Source: Octopus vulgaris
Lineage: Eukaryota
Direction of reading: 5' to 3'
NCBI GenBank assembly: GCA_951406725.2
Contig: OX597818.1
Coordinates: 135,718,001 to 135,782,000, forward strand
Length of the DNA stretch: 64,000 bases
This document shows, in pieces, positions 23,266 to 37,266 of the stretch. Both the position numbers and the translations under genes were made by a program. Position 1 is the stretch's first letter. Each line of letters starts with the position of its first letter. The notes beneath the pieces are model-generated. The model had not been told where the DNA came from. It worked only from the letters and a program-made list of their open reading frames with translations, and searched no databases.

Positions 23266-24917
23266 TTAGGTCATCAAGTATGAAATATGCAGAAAAGAAA
23301 AAAAAGTTTGCTAATATTTTATAAATACAAGGAATAGTTTTATTCATCAAAGTATGCACCCATATTGTCAATACAGTTTTGCCATTTCAGTGGTAGCTTG
23401 TCCAGCCCAGAACTGTAAAAGCCTGGCAATCTAGAGTCAATAAAATCTTGGAAGGCCTGTTTTACCGCATCGTCAGAATTAAATATTTTTCCTGTCAATA
23501 AAATCTTGGAAGGCCTGTTTTACCGCATTGTCAGAATTAAATATTTTTCCTATCAAAAAGTTATCCAAATTCTGGAAGAAGTGGTAGTCAGTGGGGAGCA
23601 AGATCATCAGGTGAGTATGGTGGATGATGGAGTACTTCCAACTCCAACTCCTGTAGTTTCGCCAATGTCATTTTTGCAATGTGTAGTCTGGCGTTGTCTT
23701 GCATTAAAACAGGAGTGGATCTGTTGACTAATCTAGGCTGTTTTTTGTAAATTTCTGCATTATTTGGTCCAGATGGTTGCAGTATACTTTGGCAGTGATT
23801 GATGAACCAGGTTTAATGAAATCATAATGGATCACACCTGCGCCAGACCACCAAACACACACCATCAGCTTCCTTTGATGAATTTTGCTTTTTGGACTGT
23901 GTTTTGGTGGCTTGTCTTTGTCCAACCATTGTGCCAAACATTTATGGTTGTTGCATTGGATCCATTTCTCATCACATTTTATAATTCGATTAAAAATTAT
24001 TAATTTTTGTGTCGAGAAAGTAGCATAATGCAGGCTTCCAAATGTTGCTGTTTCTGATTTTCATTGAATTCATGTGGAATCCACTTATCTAACTTTTTCA
24101 CTTTACCGATTTGAACTAGGTGAGTCAATATTGTTTGTTTGCAAACACCAAACAACAATGATAATTCACAGGCACTTTGAGATGGATCTGACTCGATGGT
24201 GGCTTTCAGTTTGTCATTACCCACCTTTGTTTCTGGTTGATTGTGTTGCTCATTTGTGAGGTCAAGGTTACCAGAACGAAATTTTGCAAACCAATTTGAT
24301 ACTGTCTGCTGTCTCCATCATCCACCATACTCACCTCATCTTGCCCCCCACTGCCTACCACTTCTTCCAGAATTTGGATAACTTTTTGATAGGAAAAATA
24401 TTTAATTCTGACGATGCAGTAAAACAGGCCTCCCAAGATTTTATTGACAGGAAAAATATTTAATTCTGACGATGCGGTAAAACAGGCCTTCCAAGATTTT
24501 ACTGACTCTAGATTGCCAGGCTTTTACAGTTCTGGGCTGGACAAGCTACCACTGAAATGGCAAAACTGTATTGACCATATGGGTGCATACTTTGATGAAT
24601 AAAACTATTTCTTGTATTTATAAAACTATTTCTTGTATTTATAAAACATTAGAATGAAATACTTCATTAATATTCTGAGCTGTCAGTGATGCTGTATTTC
24701 CAAGAAAGAACTCATATTTCAAAACTGTACGAATTTCTGATTTATCCATCTCTAAACAAAATACTTTATAAAATGCAAAATGAGTTAGAATAAAGAGATA
24801 GATGTGTCAGCTTTCTAACAAAAAATAAAGATTGTCAAAATATAATAATGGTGCAAAATGAACAGCTGTCAAAATTTACCATATACCTTACTGTGAATTT
24901 CATACTTGACGACTTAA
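23266..24917 (-). mobile_element. mariner element (DD34D type), pseudogenised, with internal inverted duplication
   Basis: TIRs ttaggtcatcaagtatgaaat and atttcatacttgacgacttaa with TA flanks. Motifs WFAKFRSG, KWIPHEF, KLMVCVWW, YSPDLAP and GAYFDE* are present. Confidence 0.92.
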
Positions 24918-26395
24918 TATAATATTTGCATAACATCAGGGTGGCAAGCTGGCTGAATCATTAGGATGCTGAACAAAATGCTTAGTGGTATTTTGTCTGT
25001 CTTTACATCCTGAGTTCAGATTCTGCTGAGGTCGACCTTTGTTCTTTTGGGGTCGATAAAATAAGTAACAGTTGAATACTGGGATCAATGTAATTGACTT
25101 AACCTCTCTTCCAAAATCGCTGGCCTTGTGCCAAAATTTGAAACCAATATTTACATAACATTATTCTGTCATAATGTCTTTCAAAGCTAATAACATATTG
25201 AGTTACTGCTCCTCGCAGAAACACTGTAGCAATTAGAGTTTACACTCCCATTCACACTTAAAACACAAGAATTTTTATGAGGATTCATTTCAGGATTCTC
25301 AGCTGTAGTCGCATGTTTCAGTTAATTTAATGGAACCCAGTACATGACAAGTATTTTATTTTATTGATCTCAGGAAGATACAAAGTTGACCTAACTCTAC
25401 ACCACAAGACATTTTGTCCAAGACTGAAGATTTTATCATTTTCCCATCTGTCAATACATTCATATATTTAAAACTCACATAGTTTGGCTGTGGAATAAAT
25501 ATTGGTTAATATTCTTGGTTTTCTGCAAAATAGTACTGGTAGTTGAGAATTTGGTTTTTGCAATCTTTATTGCTCCAGAATTTTTTGTTAACATCAGTCT
25601 TCTCGTGAGAAAATGATAGCTTATAGAAACTGTTGTTTATTTGGTACATGGATAAGCTAATTTGCAGATTGGTAATTGTTTAATAACTGGTAAAAGCACT
25701 CTTTATACCAAATATAAAGTGGCAATTAAAAATATTAATTTGTGTGTTTAGAATATGTATTATTAAGCATTCCACTTTAGAGCCAAAAAATATTACAGCA
25801 CACTTTTCATAGCTTAAATGAGAGCCACTATTATGTAATGATACTGATCTCATATTTAGGATAGTGTTGCCACTGCACATTCACAGACATTGTGGACAGC
25901 AACCCATCCAAAAAAAGGCCCTTTATATTTGGCAGGAAATCACAACTGTCCCCTCACTCTGCTTTATCTGCTGTTTCTACAGTGGCCTCTACTTTTTAGA
26001 GTTGGCTGGTCCCATGTCACTTCTTCCAATGCATTCCAAATTCACTTGTCTCTCCTCTCATCACCAATATTGTCTTCCTCCAAAAATGGCCTTGCATCAA
26101 ACATACCAATCCTTCTGAGCCAAAATGTTGACCCACTGGAATTAATTTTCTGCTCACGATTTCCTGTAACTCTCAAATTGTTGTTGTTAAAGCAGAACAT
26201 TAACTGCAATGCTTAGATATTAAACATCCTTTGTACAGATACTATGTTCGTATAAGGAGAAAAAGTGAAATTTCCCTCAGAAAGCCTTCTACCATTTTTA
26301 CATGTTCAGGTCCAGACTCTGAAGATATTAAGTCCCTATAAAGAGAGGATGGCAAGTGGTCTCTCTCCCCACCCTCTCTCTCTCTCTCCCTCTAT

Positions 26396-26413
26396 GTGCA
26401 TGTGTGTGTGTGC

Positions 26414-26492
<79 letters not shown>

Positions 26493-26710
26493 GTAGTATA
26501 GTATATATGTGTGTGTGTATTCATATATATATATATATATACATACATCAAACATACATACATACATGTGTCTGTGTGTTTGTGTATATAAAATATACAA
26601 ATATATACTTAAACATGAATATATAGGCAGGTATGTATGCAGATATATGTGTGTATGTGTATTTTCTCTGTGTATGCATGTCTAAATGTTGTGCGATCTC
26701 TACCTATCTA

Positions 26711-26778
<68 letters not shown>

Positions 26779-26968
26779 AGGGAGGGAGAGGAAGAGTGTG
26801 AGAGAGAGAGACAGGGGAGGGAGGGAGAGGAAGAGCGTGAGAGAGAGAGAGAAATATCCGCACAAGCACAGACAGGCAGAAATTTATGAATCCACATCAT
26901 TATAATATTCATGATGTAATACACGTTTGTACACACATACACACAGACACAGACACACACAGACACAC
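26396..26968. repeat. Cluster of (TG)n/(TA)n/(CA)n/(GA)n microsatellites
   Basis: Seen directly. Confidence 0.95.
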
Positions 26969-27614
26969 TGAAGCACTCGTAGACCTGTACACGTTACTAT
27001 GGAAGGCGGGAATGTATACATCCAGTTATTTTACTTAATACTGTGGATGAAGAGAAGAAATATTTCCTATATCGACCTTCTAGTGCAAGTGACTCAGCAA
27101 ATAGAGGTTTATTTTATTCCAGTTTGACTGTATTTACGAGGAAAAAGCAGATAATCAGAGAGAACAGGGCAAGAAGTGTTCTGACATGAATCGTATCATT
27201 CCCAACCCTAGCTTTATATTGATGCAAATATTTAAACCTTAAATGAAAATGAACTTCATGACACCGGCTTAGTTTGTTGAGTAACCCTTGGTTAATTCTG
27301 ATTTATGATGAAAGCAATCTGGTGCTTCACACATGTTTCTCTAGGACTACATTATTGAATGATATGAAGGAGATCTGTTTGTTATCTTTTATTTTTTACT
27401 TGTCTTAGTCATTGGACTTGCAACCGTCCTGGGACACTGCCTTAATAGGTTTAATCAGACAGATCAACCCGAGTGATTATTTTTTAAATCTGGCACTTAT
27501 TCTATCAGCTTCTTTTGTCAAACCATTATTTTACAGGGCAGTAAACAAACCAACATCAATTAACACACATTGGAAATCCAAACACAAACATATAACTATA
27601 AGACATATAATTAC

Positions 27615-27835
27615 TTATTTTTTACTGCCTACAAAGGGCTAAACACAGAGGGGACAAACAAGGACAGAAAAACGGATTAAGTCGATTACATCGACCCCAG
27701 TGCGTAACTGGTACTTATTTAAGCGACCCCGAAAGGATGAAAGGCAAAGTCGACCTCGGCGAAATTTGAACTCAGACGAAATACGGCTACGCATTTCGCC
27801 CGGCGTGCTAACGGTTCGGCCAGCTCGCCGCCTTA
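27615..27835 (-). mobile_element. SINE family B
   Basis: Reverse complement match to 22654-22885. Confidence 0.85.
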
Positions 27836-28230
27836 AAGACATATAATTACACACATACACACACACACACACTTACACATGCAGACACATGCATACACAT
27901 ACATTCACACATGCATGCACACATGCGTGCGTGCACATAACCAGAATGCTGTGAGTCAGAATAAATACATGAGAGTAGCTTTCTTGATTCTCAAACATTT
28001 CTGCCACTCTACTGTCAACCATTGGTACTATTTTTTATTGGCCCCAAATGACACTTGAACTCAGGGCACAGTGAGTCAGAACGTATACTGTACGCTGTTT
28101 TATCCAATAAGCAATACTTCATTATGGTTCCTTTGATGCAGGCAGTTGAGAGAGATTTGACTGATATTTGTAGCAGTTCACCTAAACGCATAGCAGCTTC
28201 CTTTGTATGTTATACGGTGATTTCCTCGAT

Positions 28231-30500
28231 CACCACCACCACCATCATCATCGTTTAACGTCCATTTTCCATGCTGGCATGGGTTGGACGGTTCGACTGG
28301 GGTCTGGGAAGCCAGGAGGCTGCACCAGGCCCCCATCTGATCTGGCAGTGTTTCTACAGCTGGATGCCCTTCCTAACGCCAACCACTCTGAGAGTGTTGT
28401 GGGTGCTTTTTATGTGCCATTGGCACAAGGGGCCAGAGGAGCTGGCATCGACCACGATTGGATGGTGCTTTTTTTTATGTGCCACCGGCATGTAAGCCAG
28501 TTAAGGTGGCACTGGCATTGGCCATGTTTGGACGATGCTTTTTATGTGCTACTGGCATGGGGCTCACAACTACAATTTCCATTTGATTTTATTTTGATAT
28601 TGCTGATGTTGATGTACTTGACTCAATAGGTCTCCTCAAGCACAGCAGGTCGCCCTATGATCCAAGGTACTTTTGAGTGGGCTGGTTATGCGACACTGGT
28701 GTAGGTTACAGCTGTGGACTCACTTTATTTGCCAGGTCTTATCAGTAACAGCATACTTCCAAAGGTCTCTGTCTTTTGTCGTTGCCTCTGTGAGGCCCAA
28801 CATTTGAAGGGCATGCTACGTCACCTTGTCCTATGTCTTTCTGGGTCTCCCTCTACCCTGGATTCCTTCCACTATTTGGGAGTGGTACTTTTTCACACAA
28901 CTCTCCTCGTCCATCTGCAGTACATAATCATACCAACGCAAACGTCTCTCTTGCACTCCACATCTAATGCTTCTTATGTCTAATATTTCTCTCAGGGCAC
29001 TTACACTCTTGTGTATGCAACTGACATTACACATCCAGCAGATCATGCTAGCTTCGTTTCTTTCGAACCTACGCATGTCTTCAGCAGTCACAGCCCATGT
29101 TTCACTGCCGTGAAGCATGGCAGTTCGCACACATGCATCATACAATCTCCCTTTCACTCTGAGCAAAAGGCCCTTTGTCACCAGTAGTGGTAGAAGCTTT
29201 CTGAACTTTGCCCAGGCTATTCTTATTCTAGTGGTAACACTCTCTGAGCATCTACCCCCACTACAGACTTGGTCACCTAGGTAGCAGAAGCTATCAACTA
29301 CTTCTAGTTTCTCCCCCTGGCATGTGATGGAGTCCGTTTTCTGAGCATCTGTGGTGCTTATTGCCCCTGTGCATTTGCTGCACATGTGTCTTCCCGGTTA
29401 ATCTTCCTTTGATGTTGCTGCACTTCTTATGTGTCCATAGCTTACACTGGGTACATCTTAAGGAATTTCTACCTACACCTTTTCTACAGATTGAGCGGGG
29501 TACCCCCTGAAGGGGCGTGTGATGTGTTCGCCTTCCTACTTACTAGAAGTTTGGTCTTTGCAACATTGACTCTAAGGCCCTTAGATTCTAAATCTTGCTT
29601 CCAAACTTGAAGTTTCTTCTCTAGTTCTGGTAGTGATTCTGCTATGAAGGCCAGATCATCAGTATAGAGGAGTTCCCAGGAGTAACCTGTCTTGAATTCC
29701 TCTGTTATTGCCTGGAGGACTATGATAGGGGCTGAGGGCTGATCCTTGGTGGACCACTACTTCCACCCAGAATTCTTCACTATACTCATTGCCAATCCTA
29801 ACCCTACTGACGGCATCTCTGTATAGGGCTTGTACATACTTATTAAGCATTCGTAAATCCCAGTTTCCGCATCACTCACCAGAGAAGGAATTGGGGCACC
29901 CTGTCAAAGGGTTTCTCCAAGTCCACAAAAGCCGAATATAGGGTTTATCTTTGGCTAGGTATTTCTCCCACAGTTTCCGTACCAGGAATATAGCATCAGT
30001 GGTGCTTCTACCTGGAACAAAACTGAACTGCATCTCATCTAAGCGGACTCTCTCCCTAATTAGTTGGGCTATGACCCTCTCTATGACTTTCATCCTCTGA
30101 TCCAGCAGTTAGATACCCCTGTAGTTATTTCTATCTAAAGCATCACCTTTATCTTTGTAGCAGTTGACTATGGTGCTGCTATGCCAGTCATTGGGTATGA
30201 CTCCATCATGAACTACCTGGTTTACAATATGGGTGACTAGACCATAGCCCACACCACCAGATGTTTTAAGCATATCAGCAGTGATTCCTGATAGGCTGGG
30301 GGCTTTTTCTGGCTTCATATCCTTAATTGCTTTATCTACCAGGGTGCTGTTTATTCAGATAGCTGGTCCCTCTATTGGATCAACATTTGGCAGGCTCTTC
30401 TCCTCCCACTCATTCACCACGTTCAACAGTCTTTCACAATGGCTCCTCCAAGCCTCTTTCTTTTCCAAATCATTAAAAGCAAGTGCATCATCATCCATGT
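28231..30500 (-). mobile_element. 5'-truncated RTE-clade LINE (RT pseudogene, 3' UTR and (GAT)n tail)
   Basis: Frameshifted RT: KAPSLSGITADML, NNYRGI, QFSFVPGRSTTDAIF, HQGSALSP, ELLYTDDLA, FCYLG, AMLHGSETW, RRLRWY, GRGRPRKT. Confidence 0.92.
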
Positions 30501-30544
30501 GAAGTTGTTTTAAATGAAACCCAATTATGAAATCTTTCTGATAG

Positions 30545-30825
30545 GTGCCATGTAAAAAGCATTCAGAACACACTGTCAGGTGGTTTGCATTTGGAAGGGC
30601 ATCCAGCTGTAAAAACTATGCCATAACTCACCTCGGCAGTGTTGGTGCCGCATAAAAAGCACTCAGTCCACTCTGCAGGGTGGTTGCTGTTAGAAAGGGC
30701 ATCCAGCCATAAAAACCATGCTAAAACAGACACAGTAGCCTGGGGTAGTCTTTACCTGGTCAGCTCTGCCGTCAAACCATCCAACTTATACCGGTAAGAA
30801 AGGCAGACGTTAAATGATGATGATG
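30545..30825 (+). mobile_element. RTE LINE 3'-end copy (decayed, duplicated core)
   Basis: Two aagggcatccagc cores and a (GAT)n tail. Confidence 0.65.
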
Positions 30826-31149
30826 AGCATGCTTCACAAAAAAAAATGAATATCAATAGATTTCTAGGTATTTCTATCTCTCTCTTTGTCTCTCTCTCAT
30901 TGTCTCTGACTTTCTCTGTCTCTGTCTGTATGTCTGCCTCTCACTTCACTCTCTCTCTCTCTCTACATACATACATACATATATACATACATACATACAT
31001 ACATACGTACATACATAGGAGAGTATTGTAGTTCACTTGAAGCATTGTGTATTGTTATAACAGTTACTTTAGTCCATTGTTATTACTATAGTGCATTGTT
31101 GTGCCATTCATGACATTATTTTTCACACACACACACACACACACATACA

Positions 31150-32010
31150 CATGGTGTTCAAGCCAATTTTAACAATTTTTTTGCCCTTTTTTCAGGAACA
31201 CCTTAATGTATTGGTGAACAGTCAATGATATGGAGGACTGGAAGCCATCTGAATACTGGAAAAGAGTTACTTGTATCATGATGATTCACACCAGATATCA
31301 AAATCTGCTCAATGCTCTGTGAACACTGTAAAGTCTGTAAGATGTGAAATGAATAGCTGCAATAGAGACTAAAAGGCCATGGTCAGCAGGAATGGACATA
31401 GGAGGTGTTCTGACTATATCCACATGCTGTAATTCATGAAACAACTGGAGGGCAAGGTGATGGAAGACTTGGACAAGGGAATCCAAGCTTGCAAGAGAGA
31501 GAAAGAGAGAGAGAGGTGTTGGAATCACCACCATGAAGTTGGCCCTGAATGGAGGACCTTTACTACTACTCATACAAGAGGTGCAAGGGACAAGTGCTGA
31601 TAGCCAAGGTCAAGGAGAACTGCTTGACAAAGGTATAGAAGCTCCTAAACAAGCTGAGGGATCCTGTTGAACTGGGGACAATCTGGTTCATCTCAGATGT
31701 AAAGAACTTTTGCTGGGACCAGTTGTACAACAATAGATGGTTTGCCTATAATCTACAAGTGGTTTGCCTACAATCCATGTGATGTCTTACATATCATGAA
31801 AACCAAGTTCCCCCAAAACTGTGATGGCCTTTGGGAGTGTTTCGAGTTGTGCTGCCCAGCATCTTTGAACAGAGCCTTACGCACAATTCAGATGCTTACA
31901 TGAAGCTGCTGAAGACTGTGGTCAAACTCCGGCTGGGGAAGGTTGCTGCTGGAAAGCCATATGTGTGGAAGTAGGATCGGTTTCCTTACTAGCCCTCTGG
32001 TAAGAGTCAC
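31150..32010 (+). pseudogene. DD37D/maT-type transposase relic, same family as 10003-10873
   Basis: Nucleotide similarity to 10003-10500. Remnants SDVKNFCWDQLYNNRW, MKTKFP and LNSD-like/YMKLL. Confidence 0.7.
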
Positions 32011-32072
32011 ACACACACACGCACGCACAAATAATATATAGGTGGACATGAGACTTTAATAGTTGGTTGACA

Positions 32073-32115
32073 ACTTTAGATGTGTTTCAGTCTTCTTAGA
32101 CCTCATTAGCGAAGT
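32073..32115 (-). ncRNA. Decayed type I hammerhead ribozyme
   Basis: Minus strand reads acttcg CTAATGA GGTC-taagaa-GACT GAAA caca TC^ taaagt. The deviations are transitions from a canonical fold. Confidence 0.45.
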
Positions 32116-32429
32116 ATAGTTTAACTGCTAATATCAGATTTTAGAATAACTGAAGAGAAAAAGGTTGTAAGGTCAGATCTGAAGATGTTAGAACCCACAG
32201 ATGAGTTGACATAGAATTAAAAGAAGTGGCAATATGTTTTACTTCAGAGCTATCTAGCTTATCTACAGGTAATATCAGAAGTTAAAATTACACTGAAGAA
32301 TGATGTTGTTTAACTCCAGGTCAGATTTGATTAAACAGACATCATATGATTGAAGTAATTCCAATCATGACTATTCTCTCTCTTTCAGGAGTATCAAGGA
32401 CAATGTATCAAACATGTGTTCCTAGTTTA

Positions 32430-32625
32430 ACCCTTTTGTTACTGTATCTCTGTTGTAATACACTTCTTTCTTTCTTCAATTAATTTTGTAAATAATGAAG
32501 AATTTAATAAAATAACTTTGTCATTATTAAGTATACATTAACATAAGATTATGATGGAAATTTTTAATTCAAATCATTTAAAAGTAGTGAGTTTGTATCA
32601 TACAACCAAGCTGATATCAAAAGGG
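32430..32625. mobile_element. piggyBac-like TTAA MITE (family 2)
   Basis: ttaa|cccttttgttac...atcaaaaggg. Related copies near 19660-19875, 36852-37322 and 38330-38540. Confidence 0.65.
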
Positions 32626-32652
32626 TCGAGGCATTGAGGTTTGAGATGTAGA

Positions 32653-32903
32653 CAGGGCTGGTTTTAAGCCATTTAGACAGGTATGTTCAATTTGGGCCCC
32701 ATGCACACACTCGAGCAGAGGATGATATGATGAATTTTTAGTATATCATTGTGGCTGATATTGGAGCATCAAGCCCTCGATGCTTTCTGGCTGGGACTGG
32801 AATACTACACAAAGCATAAGACATCAACTTTCAGCTTTTGTAGAGTAGAGGACCCCACTGTCAATTCTCCATTCAGGCCCCGCACTTCCTAGTGCCAGCC
32901 CTG
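32653..32903. mobile_element. hAT-like MITE
   Basis: TIRs cagggctgg and ccagccctg. The 8-bp flanks gatgtaga and attgtaga match at 6 of 8 positions. Confidence 0.6.
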
Positions 32904-33636
32904 ATTGTAGATTTGGTTCCTATCTCTAACAAGTTGAGCTGCCGTGATGATGCCTAGGGGACTCATAACTTCAAGAATGTATTAAACTATGGTAGATTAC
33001 AAACTATTTCACTGATAATATATGTTCCTGAAATGAAATAAAATTTTTCAAAGATGAGAGCTAATACAAAATCATCTCTTTCTGATTGATCAATATCAGT
33101 GAATCAATCAATGAATTGAATTTACACTTCTCTTTTATATAAGGAATATAAACAATTGAGTCAGTTGGAATAATAGAATTTTATCAATAAAACACGCTTC
33201 CTTCTTTATTCTTTGTAATGAAATGCGATGTTTTAATTGTGTGGATTATTCTAGAAGCTGAAACAGCCACAGCTTTGAATCTTGATTTTGCATCATTGTT
33301 GTCACTCACAGCAGAGTCATCATTGCTATCTTGTTATCCTCCTCACCTCTTTTCCTCCTCCTCCTTCTCCCTACCTTTCCTCCATCTTCTCCTCCTCATT
33401 CTCCCTCCTACTTCAGCCTGGTACTTATTCTATCAATATCTTATGCCATACTGCTAAATTATGTGAATATAAACAAACCCAAACACTGGTTGTCAAGTGG
33501 CAATGAGAGGAAGACATAGACACACATACACATGCGCATACACACTTCTGAATCGAAACAGCTGTCAGGGATGTCATATTTTATAATTAATAAATAATTT
33601 TATTAATTACCTCTCCATTTTCTCTTTATTCTTTAA

Positions 33637-33856
33637 CCCTTTAGTGTTCAGATTATTCTGTCAAATGTGATATTTGTTTATTTATATTGTTTTGAATTAA
33701 TCATGCATTATCTTGTAATTTAGAGATTTCAGTGATGCTATTTTTTAGTTTTAGAATGACATGGTAGGGCTGAGGTGAGAGGCGAGAGCTGGTCAGTTTC
33801 AATATAAAAGAGGTTAAATATTTTGGCCGGATATGGCCGGTTTGAATGCTAAAGGG
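33637..33856. mobile_element. TTAA MITE family 1
   Basis: TTAA|ccctttag...ctaaaggg|TTAA, an inverted copy of 8798-9018. Confidence 0.85.
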
Positions 33857-34377
33857 TTAAATATATAAGTATATGAACCATGGTTTATATGGTTACCTTA
33901 TAGTTGATCTTTCTATGGATTAGTAACTTACCAGTATTTTCATTGGATTTATGATCCCTTAATGAAGTTTATTACCTTTACTTGATATGTGTGTATACAT
34001 ATGTATACACACATGCATACACACACACATGCATACACACACACACACACACAATAAGCTTCTTTGAGATTCCATCTACTTAATCCACCCACAAGACTTT
34101 GGTCAACCTGATAGTTATAGCAGAAAAAAACTTGTCCAAGGTTCCATGCAGTGGGACTGAACCAAGTGGGGAAGCAAACTTCTTACCACACCTGCCACAC
34201 AGTCACACCTGTTTTAATGATTATTTCCTAACATTAATTTTAGTAAAAACATGAACTTGTATTCTTAGGTCTGAAATGTGCTACTACTGTACTAGTTAGT
34301 CTATCTCGATCCCTGAAATAACTAGAAATTCTAACTTAAATATTTCTGTGTCTTGTTACCTTACTGGTTATACTTAT

Positions 34378-34782
34378 TACTCTTTTACTTGTTTCAGTCA
34401 TTTGACTGTGGCCATGCTGGAGCACCGCCTTTAGTCGAGCAAATTGACCCCGGGACTTATTCTTTGTAAGCCCAGTACTTTATTCTATCGGTCTCTTTTG
34501 CCGAACCGCTAAGTGACGGGGACGTAAACACACCAGCATCGGTTGTCAAGCAATGCTAGGGGGGACAAACACAGACACACAAACATATACACACACACTT
34601 ATATATATATACATATATACGACAGGCTTCTTTCAGTTTCCGTCTACCAAATCCACTCACAAGGCATTGGTCGGCCCGGGGCTATAGCAGAAGACACTTG
34701 CCCAAGATGCCATGCTGTGGGACTGAACCCGGAACCATGTGGTTGGTTAGCAAGCTACTTACCACACAGCCACTCTTGCGCC
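34378..34782 (-). mobile_element. SINE family A
   Basis: Reverse complement of 54-460. Confidence 0.9.
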
Positions 34783-35375
34783 TTATGTTGACAAAGAATT
34801 TTAGTTTGAGCATGCTCAACATTGGAGAGGTGCCAAACTGTACTAAGTTTAAAGGTTTGACCTGGTATACTGATATGTTAATTAAACACTGTTTTTACTG
34901 GTTACCAAGTGAATTAATTTTGACTTGTTTACTTGGTGAACCATAGAAGATTGTTCGAAATGATTTATATTGAGCCAGATCATCCAAATTGGATAAGTAA
35001 GATATTTGGAAGGGGGTTATTGAGGTTAAGTTTGTTTAAAATATGGCATATCAGCAGTTAAAAGATTATTGTATGTGGATAGGAAATAAATATTTATAGC
35101 TTATTTTAAGGCTCTCCTTAACTGGCAGAGATAATGTGATTTTGGTAAATATGGTTAATGACATGGCAAAATTTCGCAGGGACCCCTTCAGTATGAGAAA
35201 CATACAGTTAGGGTAATGTAGTGTAATGATAACTGAGGGCAAGAAAGTAAGGGAGATAACTCTGAAATATAAATTGCTATAAATTTGGAGGGACAGTGGG
35301 CTTCAGTCAGAAGTGAATCTGATATTTGTAGATATATTCAGTTTGATCTCTTCTGGAATTGATTAGCATACACAT

Positions 35376-35800
35376 TATCATCATCGTTTAGCGTCCGCTT
35401 TCCATGCTGGCATGGGTTGGACGGTTCAACTGGGGTCTGGGAAGCCAGAAGGCTGCACCAGGCCCAGTCTGATCTGGCAATGTTTCTACGGCTGGATGCC
35501 CTTCCTAACACCAACCACTCCATGAGTGTAGTGGGTGCTTTTTACATGCCACCGGCACAGGTGCCAGACGAGGCTGGCAACGGACACGATCGGATGGTGC
35601 TTTTTACGTGCCACCGGCATGGAGGCCAGGCGAGGCTGGCAACGGCCACAATCGGATGGTGCTTTTTACGTGCCACCGGCACGGAGGCCAATCGGGGCAG
35701 CGCTGGCAACAGCCACGTTCGGATGGTTCTTTTATGTGTCACCGCCACTGGTATCACAGCTACAATTTCCATTGATGTTGATCGATTTTGATTTTGATTG
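35376..35800 (-). mobile_element. RTE LINE 3'-end copy with tandem units
   Basis: Conserved UTR plus 3-4 gtgcttttacgtgccaccggca units. Confidence 0.85.
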
Positions 35801-36194
35801 TGTCCATTGATTTAAGAAATATTGTTTGACATTTTAAAGGTTAGAACATGTGAAAATAGAGGATTTCCAGTAGATCTGAGGACATTTATTTGTGTAGAAT
35901 TTAGTGTTAGATATAACAAATATAGTATGGACAGTAATAAGGTGGACATTGGATACAATAACGTTACATTTGAATGGAGGTTGTAATGGCATTGAATATA
36001 ATAAAAAGAAAGACGGGAGAGGAGGCAGAGCAAAACAATTAATAGACAAATTAAATATTAAAAAGCTGTTAGTGGAAGGGATTGAGGTCACTAAAACTGG
36101 GATTTTTTATCCGTTTCTTTGTGCTTGGAATGCCAACAACCATAACTTGTCCACTGGCATAGATATGAAATGTTAAACTGTACTTATATATTTC

Positions 36195-36400
36195 TTTACT
36201 AGCCACAAGGGGTTAAACACAGAGGAGACAAATAAGGACAGACAAACGGATTAAGTCATTACATCGACCCCAGTGCATTACTGGTACTTATGAAAGGATG
36301 AAAGGCAAAGTCAACCTCGGCGGAATTTGAACTCAGAACGTAACGGCAGACGAAAAATACGGCTACGCATTTCGCCTGGCGTGCAAACGTTTCTGCCAGC
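36195..36400 (-). mobile_element. SINE family B
   Basis: Match to family B. Confidence 0.8.
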
Positions 36401-36995
36401 TCATCTATAGATTTTAGCTGATACTGCATGCTTGGATGTGTGGTTAAGGAGCTTACTTCCCAACTATGTGGTTTTGGGTTCAGTCCCACTGTGAGGCACT
36501 TTGGGCAAGTATCTTCTACTATAACATTAAGCCAATCAAAAGCCTTGTGAATGAATTTCATTGATGGAAGCTGAAAGAAATCTGTTGTGTGTATGAGTAC
36601 CTGTGTGTTTTGTGAGTGGTGTTTGTATGTACCCTTGTTTAGACATCACATGATAACTGTAAATGAGCATTATCATCATTCATACAAGCTAGTTTGTTCT
36701 TATCCTGTCTTCAGCGAAAACATGTCTAGCTAAGGGAAAATGTTACCTTGCTTGGAAACAAGTGAAGATTAGTGAGAAGAAGGGTATCAAGCTGTAAAGA
36801 ATCGACCTCAACAAATTCTGTCTGATATGTCAAACATAGAAAAATGGATGGTAACCCTTTCATTACCATAAATGTCTTGTTTTCATAAGTTTTGAATTAA
36901 AATCTTCCACCAAATCTTAATCACAATTTATGTTCCTAACACTAGCTTAATGATAACTAAGTTATTTTACTAAATTCTTTGTTATATTGTTATAT

Positions 36996-37266
36996 TTTGC
37001 CAGCCTCGCCTGGCCCCCGTGCCGGTGGCACATAAAAAGCACCATCCATTCGTGGCCGCTTGCCAGCTCTGTCTGGCACCTGTGCGGGTGGCACGTAAAA
37101 AGCACCCACTACACTCACGGAGTGGTTGGCGTTAGGAAGGGCATCCAGCCGTAGAAACACTGCCAGATCTGACTAGGCCTGATGAAGCCTTCCGGCTTCA
37201 CAGACCCCAGTTGAACCGTCCAACCCATGCTAGCATGGAAAACGGACGCTAAACGATGATGATGAT
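36996..37266 (+). mobile_element. RTE 3'-end copy nested in TTAA MITE family 2 (36852-37322)
   Basis: The MITE halves are continuous on both sides of the insertion. Confidence 0.8.

Noticed and set aside
27108-27243. Possible plus-strand exon (ttattttattccag|FDCIYEEK...)
   Set aside because: There is an acceptor only, with no convincing donor or recognisable homology.
35834-36176. 85-90-aa ORFs in unique sequence
   Set aside because: No recognisable motifs or splice signals, and the length is compatible with chance.
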